This document shows positions 36,626-48,650 of a stretch of 64,000 nt of DNA, piece by piece. The notes below the pieces were generated by a model, which saw only the letters and a program-made list of their open reading frames with translations, searched no databases and had not been told where the DNA came from. This DNA comes from Pristiophorus japonicus (Eukaryota). The stretch is from assembly GCF_044704955.1 (NCBI RefSeq), contig NC_091984.1, forward strand, positions 147,374,001-147,438,000, in the 5' to 3' direction. The stretch's first letter is position 1, and every line of letters begins with the position of its first letter. Position numbers and translations under genes: made by a program.

Positions 36626-39504
36626 GGGCTAGAACCTCCTCTTTTATTGCCTGTTTAATGCACACTAAACACCCATTTTACCACTGAAATGACATATAAT
36701 GCCCAGATATCACCCATTTTGGCACAAAATGGAAACTGACGGGCTTTTTTAGGAGACTTGTCGCCGAGCGTTACTTTCCCAATGGGCTTAACGCAGAGAA
36801 TAAATATTATCGCCCACCTACTTTTTTGGGGCGGAATCAGCAGAATGGGCAAATTCAACGCCCATATTATCACCCAGCGTTACTTTCCTCGTGGAATTAA
36901 TGCCGAGATTCAACATTAACACCCGCCGACTGTTTTTTGTCATGAACAGCATATTTACCCAAAGTAACGGCCATGGAGATCACCCACCGTCAATTTCACC
37001 ACCTCGTACACATATCGCCCACAATATCGCTCGCTCAAAAAACCACCCACAAAAAGTGGAACTAACCAGAACGAATCACAGCGTTATGGACGCCATGATG
37101 TAGATCACATGTCGCGTCCTTTCACCTCGGCGGAGTTCAGATGTACTCTGCAGGTCGTTGGAGTTGATTTGAACATCTCTGAAAACATCTTGACCACACT
37201 GTGACCGATTGGAATTGAAGAGGTGTGCTCGTCGGGACATTCTTTGCTTGTGTGCAATCGGTGACAGACACAGAGCTACTGCAATGGGGCCTGTCCTTTC
37301 TCACTCTCTCTTGGTGACCAAATATATGCAGCAGACTCAACATCGCTGAAGGAACGCTACATTGCATTATGTGCCCAATGTACGAAATAACAGACAGATG
37401 AGGAGGACCAGACGTTACACCCCCCGCAAGTACAAGGAGAAGCATTCTTACCTCGACTTGCCCGACACCACCTGCCTTCGGAGACTGTGCTTCCACAAAG
37501 AGGTTATCACTGAGGTATGCCAGCTGATAAGGGCAGGCCTACAGCCTGGCAGCACCATCAGAACTGCACTGTCCGTCGAGGTCAAAGTCACCACGCCACT
37601 ATCGTTCTATGTCTCGGGTTCTTTTCAGGCCACAGCTGGTGACATTTGCAGACTTTCTCAGCATGCCACACATTGCTGCATTAGACAGGTCACTGAAGCC
37701 CTGTACACACGCAGGAGGGACTTGATCAGCTTCTCTATGACCAGGAAGGCACAGAGTGAGAGGGTTCGAGGTTTCTCCAGAATTGCAAACTTCCCCAAGA
37801 TGCAGGGAGCAATAGACTGTACGCACATCGCGATGTGGGCACCTTTTCAGGATGCCGCAAGGGATTCCACTCCCTGAATGTCCAGCTGGTTGTCGACCAC
37901 CAGCAAATTATACTGGCAGTGAATGCTCAATTTCTGGGCAGCATCCATGCTGCACACATCCTGCGTGAGAGCATTGTATCTGACTTGTTTAACATTGAGC
38001 CACAAGGTCAATGCTGGAAACTTGGGGCCAAAGGATATGGCCTTGCCACCTGGCTGATGACCCCCTGCGTGACACCCACACTGAGGCCGAGAGGTGATAC
38101 AACGAGAGCCACAGAGCAACTCGCAATATTGTGGAGAAAACCATTGGAGTGCTGAAGCAGCGCTTTCGATGCCTGGACCACTCAGGTGGTGAGCTCCAAT
38201 ACTACCCTGAGCAGGTAGCTCAATTCGTGGTGATGTGCTCCATGCTGCACAACTTGGCTATCAGGAGGGAACAAGAATTGTCTGATGAGTCTGACAGTCC
38301 ATCTCACCAGAGAGAGGAAGAGGAGGATGAGGAGGCGGACGCCGACATCGGATCAGACAATCAGGCTGACGCTGAAGCCATGCCCCCGCCCTTCTGTAGA
38401 TCGCATGAAAGGGCCCATGGTGGCATGATAGCTGCAAGCGCCTTACACCAGGAGCTCATCAATGATCGCTTTGCCTAAAAGAACGTTGGTGTTATTTCCA
38501 CAGCTGACACACTGCTGGGTGTGCAGGTCATAAATTAATCGTGGACATCACCTTGGTGACCGTTAAAGTTTACTTTGATTATATCCTTTGATGTTAACAA
38601 ATCACCAGCGTGTTACGGTACAGCTATCTGAGCCAATGTGCTGCAAGGTTTTGTTCAATAAAAAACATTTAAACCAAACATTAGTCTGAAATCATCAGTA
38701 TTTCTGTACAAACCAACCCTTCCCCCCACCCACCCCACTTCTCCTCCCCAACTCTACCCCTTCCCCTTCCCCTTCTGACTCCAAGCCGCCTGACCGCGGA
38801 GGTTCTCAGGCGATGCTTCATTGTGAGGTGGGTGGTGATGGACAAAGCACTGCTTGGACGGATATGGGAGAAGATGGTCCCAAGGTGGGAACGTGCTTCG
38901 AGCCAGAAGCGAGATGTTGCTCCTGGCTCTCATGTGTGGTTGGCAATGGGGTTGCATCACCTTGGGGTGTAGTGCGGCACTCCGGGATCACTGGGAGCCC
39001 TCTGCCACCAGTGTTCCTGGCTACCAGCTCCAGGGCCTCCTCCATCCCTTACATTTTATATGTTATTTGTGGGACAAAAACTCGATGCCAACTATGTTCT
39101 TGGTGCTTAGTGCGCTTTTTGCTGTTGATGAATCTCCCTTGTGCCTCCCACAACAGCCAAACAAACGCACACCACAGACACACACGCTTTCAGTGCCTCT
39201 GAGCTCCCTCTCTCTCTGTCTCCTCTTCTGCGTATGTCATGGTTACCCTTGACCTCCAGAATCGAGGGAATGGACCATTGCCATGCTGTTGCTAAGGACG
39301 ACCGCACTTTACAACAGAAGGTCAGAAAAATGTAACGCTGCCGCCCATTTGAACTCGTTCGCGATAACGGCCATTTTCAAAGATGTAAACTAAGTGTTTT
39401 GAGAATGGGCGAGAAGCCGGCGATCTGAAAATCCTTTTTTACCACCCACGCCGGAAATCACGCCCATTTTTGGGCACAAAGCTCAAAAGTGGAGGTTCTA
39501 GCCC
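36626..39504 (+). mobile_element. PIF/Harbinger DNA transposon with both termini
   Basis: TIR GGGCTAGAACCTCC at both ends; 3-bp TSD TTG (36623-36625 and 39505-39507). Confidence 0.95.
37284..38478 (+). pseudogene. Harbinger (HARBI1-family) DDE transposase, disrupted
   Basis: GAIDCTHIA, KGFHSLNVQLV, GSIHAAHIL, LGAKGYGL, EKTIGVLKQRFRCL, CSMLHN; stop, frameshifts and catalytic D-to-A changes. Confidence 0.92.
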
Positions 39505-40639
39505 TTGGTGTCTCCAGTGAGCTTGTTTTCCCCACCCTGGTCAATCAAGTTCAGGGCCTCACGTAACAACTCCATTCTTGTTATGCATGGAGTCAGTTTT
39601 GGTCCCTGACCACAGAATGTCATTAATTGTCCAGCTTCATTCCAAAAGCTGGTATTAAGCAATTTTTAGTGCATGGTCTCCTTCTGTGCTTTTCTGAAGA
39701 TTGGTAACCTTACACACAACACCTCACCTCTCCCACCCCCAAAACCGCCCCTCACCCAACCCCAACACCGCCCCCAACTCCCACCCCCAACACAACTCCT
39801 CTCCATCCCCCAACACCGCCACTTTCCCACCTCCAACACTCACCTTAAACTGACACACACAGCAGGCAGGACTTATGTGGGCACATGACCCCCCGCGGGA
39901 CACATCACCACTGAGGGGTCATGTCCCCTGGCCTCACAATGGAAACCATGGCAACACAGAAACCGCAGGGGTGGACCAATCACAGCAAAGTGCTACAGAC
40001 TGTGCATTTGTGCCTGAGAGAGCAACGAGGAGAGAGCTTCAATCTATTTAACCCTTCGATCCCTGGCTGCCATCTGAAAACTAAGCCCGAGTTGGCAGTG
40101 GTGGTGACTACATTATTCCCACTGTTATTCTGCCCCCTGCTCATTCATCTCAACCCCTGTGTTAATGTTTCTCTGCTCAATGGTACTGCTCCCCACGGCA
40201 AATCCAACCAGAGAGATTTCTCAGCTGGGTGTGAAACATGGAGAAGCAGAGATGGGCATGGACTGTGTGGGGGCACTAAAGGACCCACTGGCTCCGACCA
40301 ATAATAAAACAGTCAGTAAGGACACGGGGAAAAGTGGGGGATGGGATCAGATGATGGACCTGGGCAAGTCCGACAAGGAGGCTGTCCTGCCGGCCAGATC
40401 AATGGTGAAATATGCTGGCCTCATTACCGTCCCAGACTGTCAGCCAATCACCGTGGCTTCCTCCTTCGGAGAGTTGTTCAAATCTCCACGGGTTTCACAG
40501 CTGCAGCTCACAGACACGCTGGTGAGCAGATTGTTGGGGTGTTTGCTCTACACTTGTCCAGTTTCTGTGTTTCACGGGCCTGGGCAACTTTACAATTGGA
40601 GCCCATTACTGGTCTCATAAAGTGACGGGCACATTGATT

Positions 40640-41313
40640 AGTCTGAGCTTTCGACCACACATCCGCAGCATAACTAAGACCATCTATTTCCATCGCCGTA
40701 ACATCGCCCGTCACTAATCCTGCCTCAGCTCATCCGCTGCTGAAACCCTCATCCATGCCTTTGTTACCTCTAGACTCGACTATTCCAATGCTCTCCTGGC
40801 TGGTCTCCCAGATTCTACTCTACGTAAACTAGCGGTGATCCAAAACTCTGCTGCCCGTGTCCTAACTTGCACCAAGTCCCGCTCACCCATCAGCCCTGTG
40901 CTCACTGACCTACATTGGCTCCTGGTTAAGTAATGCCTCGATTTCAAATTTCACATCCTTATTTTTGAATCGCTCCATGACCTCGCCCCTCCCTATCTCT
41001 CTAATCTCCTCCAGCCCCACAACCCCCTCGCGATGTCTGAGCTCCTCTAATTGTGCCCCCCTGATTATAATCGCTCAACCATTGGTGGCCATGCCTTCTT
41101 TTGCCTGGGTCCCAAGCTCTGGAACTCCCTCCCTAAAAATCTCCGCCTCTCTACCTCTCTTTCCTCCTTCAAGATGCTCCTTAAACTCTATCTCCCTGCG
41201 CTAATTTCTACTTATGCGGCTCAGTTTCAAATTTATATCGCATAATACTCCTGTGAAGCACCATGGGATGTTTCACTACGTTAAAGGCGCTATATAAATA
41301 CAAGTTGTTGTTG
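40640..41313 (+). mobile_element. L2-clade LINE 3' fragment
   Basis: HAFVTSRLDYSNALLAG coding motif at ~40752-40805; tail GGCGCTATATAAATACAAG(TTG)n. Confidence 0.88.
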
Positions 41314-41545
41314 GGAAAAACAGAACCACAACTGTTTGTAGACAAAACCCACGCAAGGATCCAACCGCTCTGCGATGCCGTGTGATAAAGTGCGGGCTGA
41401 AGCTCTCAGTGTGCTGGGGAACTTGGCCATGGGGGGAATCGGAGGGTCCAGGTGTTGCTGCACCTGGATGGAAACAGTGAGCAGGTCACCAGGTCCTGTT
41501 GTTCAACACTGCGCTCGGTATTCCCACGTATTGGATCTGCCGAGG

Positions 41546-41690
41546 CTTCCTCAGTAACTGGGAATGATCCAGGGGAACCCCACAGGGACTACACGGACTT
41601 CCTCAGTAACTGAGAATGATCCAGGGGAACCCAACAGGGGCTACATGGACTTCCTCAGTAACTGAGAATGATCCAGGGGAACCCAACAGG
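41546..41690. repeat. 52-bp tandem repeat, about 2.8 copies
   Basis: Units start at 41546, 41598 and 41650. Confidence 0.92.
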
Positions 41691-42888
41691 AACATACCAT
41701 TATTGTCCCCGAGGGGGGCAAGAGGAGAGGGAAAGGTGAGGAACATACCACTATTTTCCCCGGGGGGGAGAGGAGAAGGAGAGGTGAGGAACTACAATTG
41801 TTTTCATCGTGGAGGGAGAAGAGGTGAGTACATACCATTATTTTCCCCGGGGGAGGGAGCGAATGGGGAGAGGTGAGGAACATACCATTATTGTCCCCGG
41901 GGGAGGGGGCGGGGGGGCGAGAGGAGAGGGAGAGATGCGGAACATACCATTATTGTCCACAGGGGTGGGGGTGGTGAAGAGGAGACGGAGACTTGAGGAA
42001 CATACAATTATTGACCCGGGGAGACGAAGAGAGAGAGCGGTGAGGATCATACCATTATTGTCCCTGGGGTGGGGGAGAGGGAGAGGTGCGGAACATACCA
42101 TTATTTTCCCAGGGAGGGAGGGGGTAGAGGAGAGGGAGAGGTGAGAAACATACCATTATTGTCCCCGGGGGGGAGGGGCGAAGAAGGAGAGCGGGTTGAC
42201 TTATGAGGAATGGTTGAGTAGGTTGAGCCACCACTCATTGGAATTCAGAAGAAAGAGAGGTGATCTTATCAAAACATATCAGATTATGAGGGGGCTTGAC
42301 AAGGTGGATGCAGAGAGGATGTTTCCACTGATGGGGGAGACTAGAACTAGGGGGCATAATCTGAGAATAGGAGGCCGCCCATTTAAAACTGAGATGAGGA
42401 GGAATATCTTCTCTCAGAGGCTGGTGGATCGGTGGAATTCACTGCCTCAGAGAGCTGTGGAAGCTGGGACATTAAATACATTTTAGACAGAAATACAGTT
42501 TCTTAAATGATAACGGGTTATGGGGAACCGGCAGGGAAGTTCACCTGAGTCCATGATCGGATCAGCCATGATCGTATTAAATGGCGGAGCAGGCTCGAGG
42601 GGCGGTGTGGCCAACTCCTGCTCCTATTTCTTCAGTTCTTATGAGAGGTGAGGAACATACCATTATTGTCCCCTGGAGGGGGTGGGAGAGGAGAGGGAGA
42701 GGTGAGGAATAAACCATTATTGTCCCCGGGAGGGGGTGGGAGAGGAGAGGGAGAGGTGAGGAATAAACCATTATTGTCCCCGGGTGGGGGGAGGGAGGGA
42801 GAGAGAGAGAAAGAGAGAGGGAGGGGAGCGTTGAAGAACATACGTTATTGTCCTGGGGGGCGGGGGGGTGAGTGGAGAGGTGAAGAAT
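41689..42888. repeat. Minisatellite with conserved core GAGGTGAGGAACATACCATTATTGTCCCC and variable G/A-rich spacers, about 15 units
   Basis: Directly visible; interrupted by a CR1 fragment. Confidence 0.9.
42190..42643 (+). mobile_element. CR1 3' fragment within the minisatellite
   Basis: ORF 42196-42486; TTCTTATG tail. Confidence 0.9.
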
Positions 42889-43957
42889 TGTAGCTCCAGC
42901 TTTCTGGCCATTTCTATCAACAATACTTTAAATCCTTAAATCCAAATCCCCAAGAAAGAACTGTCCTGTTTGGCGAGCTTGTGGGGGTGGCATTGAGGTG
43001 CATTCATATACAACCGGACATTTCACACTGACAGGCTGGGTGGCAGGGAACCCAGGCCCATTGATTTCATCACCATCTAAAGTGATTCCTGGGAACAATA
43101 TCCCGAGAGGTAACTCAGAGACACTGTTCCTTCGCATTGTTAAAGCACAGTCACCACTCAGTCCCAACCCAAACTGGTGCAGGACAGGAAATGGCCGGGC
43201 CATTGTCTTCCAGAAGATAAGCCGGTTAAGCAAGATCAGTTTGTGATCGAAACCCATTACCTGCTAATGGGGGCCATCAACTCAGGAAACGACAGACATC
43301 CAGTAATCAGCACCCATTGTCTCTCCAGACGCAAGGCCTGGGAGCGGGAAAACAAAACACAATTTTTCACAAAGATTTCAAAGGCTACGAGCCGCTCCAG
43401 GACACGGGGAGGTGGGGGGTCCAAACAGATCACCGGAGTCAATCCATCGGTCAGTATTGGCGGGAGGAAAGGTGATGGGTTTTGGGGATATAAGGAGCCG
43501 CTTTCCAAAAAGCTCCAGCTCAGGAGGAAGAACGCTACGGAAAAAGCTCAGGAAAAAGCCCAGGAAAAAGCTCAGAAAAAACCCAGGAGTGAGACGTTCA
43601 GGAAGAAGCTGCAAGCAAGACAACGGGCAATCAGGGTGAGCATATTAGCTGTGTGAGGGGGTGATTGTAAGTCCCAACCAAACCCAAGGGGTTTAGTGCT
43701 GGGGGGGTCCTGTGTTAGTTTATATCACGGGAGGGTTCTTTTATTAAGCCGTGGTAACTTAGCACGGCAGGGCTTATTGGACAAGCCAGGGTTGTACTGT
43801 TTTGCACTGTTTATGAGTGGTGTTGTTAATCTTATTGAACATAATACAGTTGAGCCTGAAAAAAATGTGTCCGAGTCTGATCTATCCATATAATCCCTAT
43901 CGTCCAGAACTTGTAGTAGGAGGTGCATTTACGTTACGCCGGAAAAAAACACCTACA
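42889..43957 (+). mobile_element. LTR type A, second copy, without internal sequence
   Basis: Reverse complement of 25394-26463 with the same satellite junction; no PPT, no TSD. Confidence 0.88.
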
Positions 43958-43959
43958 GG

Positions 43960-44340
43960 CACCCCCTCAGTACTGCCTCTTCGATAGTGCGGCACTCCCT
44001 CAATACTGCCCCTCCGGCAGTGCGGCACCCCCTCAGTACTGCCAATCTGACAGTGCGGCACTCACTCAGTACTGTCACTCTGACAGTGTGGCACTCCCTC
44101 AGTACTGCCCCACCAACATTGCGGCACTCCCTCAGTACTGACGCTCTGACAGTGCGGCACTCCCTCAGTACTGCCCCACCAACATTGTGGCACTCCCTCA
44201 GTACTGACGCTCCAACAGTGCGGCACTCCCTCAGTACTGCCATTCTGACAGTGCGGCACTCCCTCAGTACTGCCCCCCTGACAGTGCAGCACTCCCTCAG
44301 TACTGCCCCTCTGACAGTGCAGCAATCCCTCAGGACTGCA
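43960..44340. repeat. 33-bp tandem repeat, inverted copy, about 11 units
   Basis: Directly visible. Confidence 0.95.
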
Positions 44341-45764
44341 CAGCAGTGTATGTCTTTATTTTACACTCAGGTCCCTGGAGTGGGGCTTGAACCCATGATA
44401 CAACATTGCATCACTGGATGCTGCACAGTCTGAGCTGTGAGTCATATCCCGACCTCAGTTGGAACAGCTAACTTAGAACAAACAACAACAGCAACTTTTA
44501 TACAGCACCTTTAACACAGTAAAACTCCCCAAGTGCTTCACAGGAGCGTTATAGAATAAAGATTGACAGCGAGCCACGTAAGGAGACATTGAAAATTGCA
44601 GCTCAGTCAAATTGTGAGGAAAATTGTCAGTGCTGTCTTCATACCAAAAGGGGACGATGTTGCTTCTGAAAAGACCAGATTTTTTGACAATTTCTGTGAA
44701 ACTCAATTGATTGGTTTGTAAAACCCGTTTGTACCAAACCTCCAGTCAGGTTTGCAGAATCATTTCCAGTTCCCCACGTGTCATTTGATGGTGGATCTCA
44801 GCATGTATCTCCTCGTCCGCTCGTGAGGCGGTGTCTCAGACCGATTGGTGGGTCAGCAGCCACTCCGCACTGCATCGAGCATCGGCAGGCCATTCCACTG
44901 TGGAAGACCTCACCGCGGAGCTCTGTACACAGGGTATAACCACACAGAGACGCTCTGCCGCCAGGTACAGCAGCAACAACCTGCATTGCTATAGCAACTG
45001 GAACATTAGAACAACATCCCAAGGCAGCTGACAGAGACGTAATCTGGTCAAAGTGGTGCTGAGCCAAATGGGGAGGGGCTGGGAGGGTGATCAAAACGCT
45101 CAGTCGCAGATTGGGTTTGAAGGGAGGTCTTAAAAGAGGAGAGAGGTGGAGTGGCAGAGTGGTTTAGGGAGCAGAGAGTTAGGGCCCAGGCAGCTGAAGG
45201 CACGGCCCCCAATGGAGGGGGAAGGGAAGGGGGTGATGGATAAGAAGCCTGAGCCAGATACAGCGGCCCCTGAAACAACAACAACTTGTATTTATATAGC
45301 GCATGTTGTGACAATGACAGACAGCGAGAATATAACCCTGAGAATGTAACACAGTATTTGCAGCACTTGACACTCTGGGGAAAGCTTGTAATTTTAAATC
45401 CATGAGCTGTACCTAAGCGAGAGCAGGACCTGTTTGTGACCGGTGCGGAGATCACCACTTACAGAAGGGAGTTACTGCAGGGAATTCAGGGCCACAGTGA
45501 CCTCCTGGACTAGTTTCCATCGCCTGGGGAGCGGGGGATGGTCGGAGAGGAGTTTCCCAGATTTATTTCCCCCAATGGGTTTTTTCCCTGGTTTTTTGCC
45601 TCTCCCAGGAGATCAGGTAGTTTTGGGTGGGGTGGAGAGTCTATACTGTGATACACAAGGTATCACAATTGTGTGGGACGGGCTGGATTGACCACAGGGT
45701 CTTTACCTGTCCGTCACTGTCCGCGGGTTTGGGTTTCAAAGACGTAGAGCTGAATTGGAAAGAA

Positions 45765-46700
45765 GGACTTGCATTTATAGAGCGCCTTTCACTACCTCAG
45801 GACATCCCAAAGAGCTTTACAGCCAATGAAGTACTTTTGAAGTGTAGTCGCTGAGGTAATAGAGGAGACACGACAGACAGTGTGTGCACAGCAATCTCCC
45901 ACAAGTTACTTTGGGCCCAAATTATAACTTTTCCAAGCCGAATTCCCGCCCCGGAAGCAAAATTGGGGTCACAGCCCCTGACAGGAAGTGGAGTGCAATG
46001 TGGTGTACAGCATTTCCCCTGGGGGCGGGCTCGGGGGCCAGTGTCAGGCTGCACCATCGCGGCACTGACCCCGTCACATCGGCATAGAAAGACCCGACAG
46101 GTTAGTTGTCCAAAACAAATGTCGGGGCGCAGAGGCATACACCGCCTGTAACTTTCACCCCGTGAGTGAAATGCGGCCCGGTTCGTGACCCACAGGCCTG
46201 GTGCGAACACGGCTCACGGGGCACTCTCCGTTTCGTGTCTCTGCTAAATCGCGCGGGTAGCTCCCCCCCGCACCGCCACTCCATACCCTCGGGGAAAAAC
46301 TCTGTCACACCCCATAAGCGCCCTCCGGAGGCACTAATGGCAGGCACACAGCGGGGGAATTTCATCCCCAGTCTGTTTTTGTGATGTTGATTGAGGGATA
46401 AATATTGACCAGGACACTGGGGAGAACTCCCCTGCTCTTCTTCAAAACATTGGCATGGGATCGTTAACGCCAACCTGAGAGAGCAGATGGGGCCTTGGTT
46501 TAACCTCTCGCCTGAAAGACGGCCCCTCCGACAGTGCGTCACTACCTCAGTTCTGCACTGGGACTGTCAGTGTGGATTTCTGAGAGTCTCTGGAGTGGAC
46601 CATCTCTCCAGCCACGCATTCATCTGTTCTATCCTCCTATTCTGGAGTGGACCTTCGGACTCAGAGGTGAGTGTGCTGCCCATTGAGCCACAGCTGACTG
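45765..46700 (-). mobile_element. Deu/SacSINE1-like SINE interrupted by a GC-rich MITE-like insert (~45910-46365)
   Basis: SINE tail 45765-45905, Deu-like core ~46370-46570, head to 46700. Confidence 0.7.
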
Positions 46701-48039
46701 AGCTGGAAACTTAAGGCTCATTAATGGCCCATCGATGGTGTTCGCCCTCAGTGGGGTGAACAAATCCAGAAATTATGGCCAGAATGATGTAGGCTAGGCC
46801 ATTATTTGCTTTTTTTTAGTTTTAAATTTATTTCTGCTAAGTTAGTTCTCAGTCTATTAAATAGAGGCATGGCAGGGCAGTTCTGTCCCGTGGAGAGCAC
46901 ATCCTGTGCCATGTGGGAAGTCCTGGACACTTCTCGTGGCCTGGACGACCAAATGTGCAGGAAGTGTCACCAGCTACAGCAACTCGAGCTCCGCGTTTCG
47001 GAGATTGAGCGGCGGCTGGAGTCACTGCGGTGCATCCGCGAGGCTGAGAACTTCGTGGATAGCACGTTTCTAGAGGTGGCCACCACTCAGCTTAAGAGTG
47101 TGCAGGGATGAGAGGGAATGGGTGACCACCAGACAGAAGAGGAGGTCCAGGCAGGTAGTGCAGGAGTCCCCTGTGTCCATCTCGCTCTCCAACCAATATT
47201 CTGTTCTGAGTATTGATGGGGGCGATGGTTCCTCCAGGAAGTTCAGCCAGAGCCAAGTCCACGGCACCACGGGTGGCTCAGCTGCACAGGGGGGAGGAAG
47301 AAGAGTGGAAGAGCAACAGTGATAGGGGATTCGATAGTTAGGGGAACAGACAGGTATTTCTGCGGCCGCAGGCGTGACTCCAGGATGGTATGTTGCCTGC
47401 CTGGTGCCAGGGTCCAGAATTTCACTGAGTGGCTGCAGTACATTCTGACGGGGGAGGGTGAACAGCCAGAGATTGTGGTCCATATCGATACCAATGACAT
47501 AGGTAGAAAGAAGTATGTGGTCCTACAGGCAGAGTTTAGGGAGCTAGATTAAAAAGCAACACAGCAATGGTAGTAATCTCCAGATTACTCCCGGTGCCAC
47601 GAGCTAGTGAGTACAGAAATAGGAGGATAGAGCAGATGAATGCGTGGCTGGAGAGATGGTGCAGGACGGAGGGCTTTAGTTTCCTGAGGCATTGGGACCA
47701 TTTCTCGGGGAGGTGGGACCTGTACAAGTCGGACGGGTTACACGTCAACAGAGCCGGGACCAATATCCTCGTGGGGGGGTTTGCTAGTGCTGTTGGGGAG
47801 GGTTTAAACTAGCTTGGCAGGGGAATGGGAACCGGAGAATAGATTCAGTGGGGAGAGAAGCAAATCTGGAATTGGAAAGCAGAAAAGTAGTAAGTAAATT
47901 TGGAAGACAGAGGAAACAAAGCCCAGAAAATAGACAGCAAAGATGGTTGGCAGTGCTCAATGGTGTATACTTCAATGCAAGGAGTATAGGGAATATTGCA
48001 GATGAGCTGCGAGCACAGATAGACAATTAAGAGAACGAT

Positions 48040-48650
48040 ATTGAGGTGGAAATTCTGACGTGTCCGGGCCCGTACGTAGGTTCTACGGACCCGGGAAGGC
48101 ATCGGAAAAGCCGGTTTTCAGCGTGCAATGCGCATGCACTGAAAACCTGCTTTTCCGATCTGTCAAGCTGGAGCTGGAGAGATCGTAGCCAGATCATGAG
48201 CGAGGACATTTGTATGGGCAAGATGGGACTATTTATCCATATCTTGCCCAGCAAATGTCCTCAAAAATCATAGCCTACTTTTACAGGCGTAAGTGCTTTA
48301 AAACATACAGAAACAATTGTAAAATAAAATTATAGACATTTAGTTTATTGTTCAAAAACCTCCACACTACAGTAAGTTTATTACCATAATTAAAAAAACT
48401 TTTTTAGCAATCGGGAACATATTTTATTTCTATAAGACATAATAACTTTAATTTCAAATAATTTTAAATATCTGTGGTCTGTTTTTTAGTTTTTATTATT
48501 TTGTGTGTTTGGCTTTGTCACCATTAATAGCACTGAGAACTGGTAGATACGCGAGTCTCAGTGCTATTAATGGGAACCTGTGAACTACCTACCTGATTGG
48601 CTGAGCAGCCACACATGACTGCATCTTCTGCGTGGGAACCCTCTGGACTA
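48040..48650. mobile_element. Truncated MITE-like non-autonomous element with internal palindromes
   Basis: Absent from the left arm; hairpins at ~48101-48158 and ~48520-48573; AT-rich core. Confidence 0.6.

Larger units (their letters stand above)
27246..39714 (-). mobile_element. Defective endogenous retrovirus-like provirus B (lokiretrovirus-like architecture)
   Basis: Order LTR-PBS-gag-pro-RT-tether-RNase H-IN-env-PPT-LTR; LTRs homologous but strongly diverged; no matching TSD. Confidence 0.85.
35961..39714 (-). repeat. 5' LTR of provirus B (about 870 bp), split by Harbinger
   Basis: Starts TGTAAGG at 39714 and ends CCTACA at 35961; TATAAA at ~36393-36398; AATAAA at ~36065-36070. Confidence 0.82.

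Noticed and set aside
37284-38478. Host HARBI1 gene
   Set aside because: Lies between TIRs with a TSD and is disrupted, so it is a transposon copy
41689-42888. CRISPR-like repeat-spacer appearance
   Set aside because: Spacers are low-complexity G/A runs, there are no cas genes and the context is eukaryotic; it is a minisatellite
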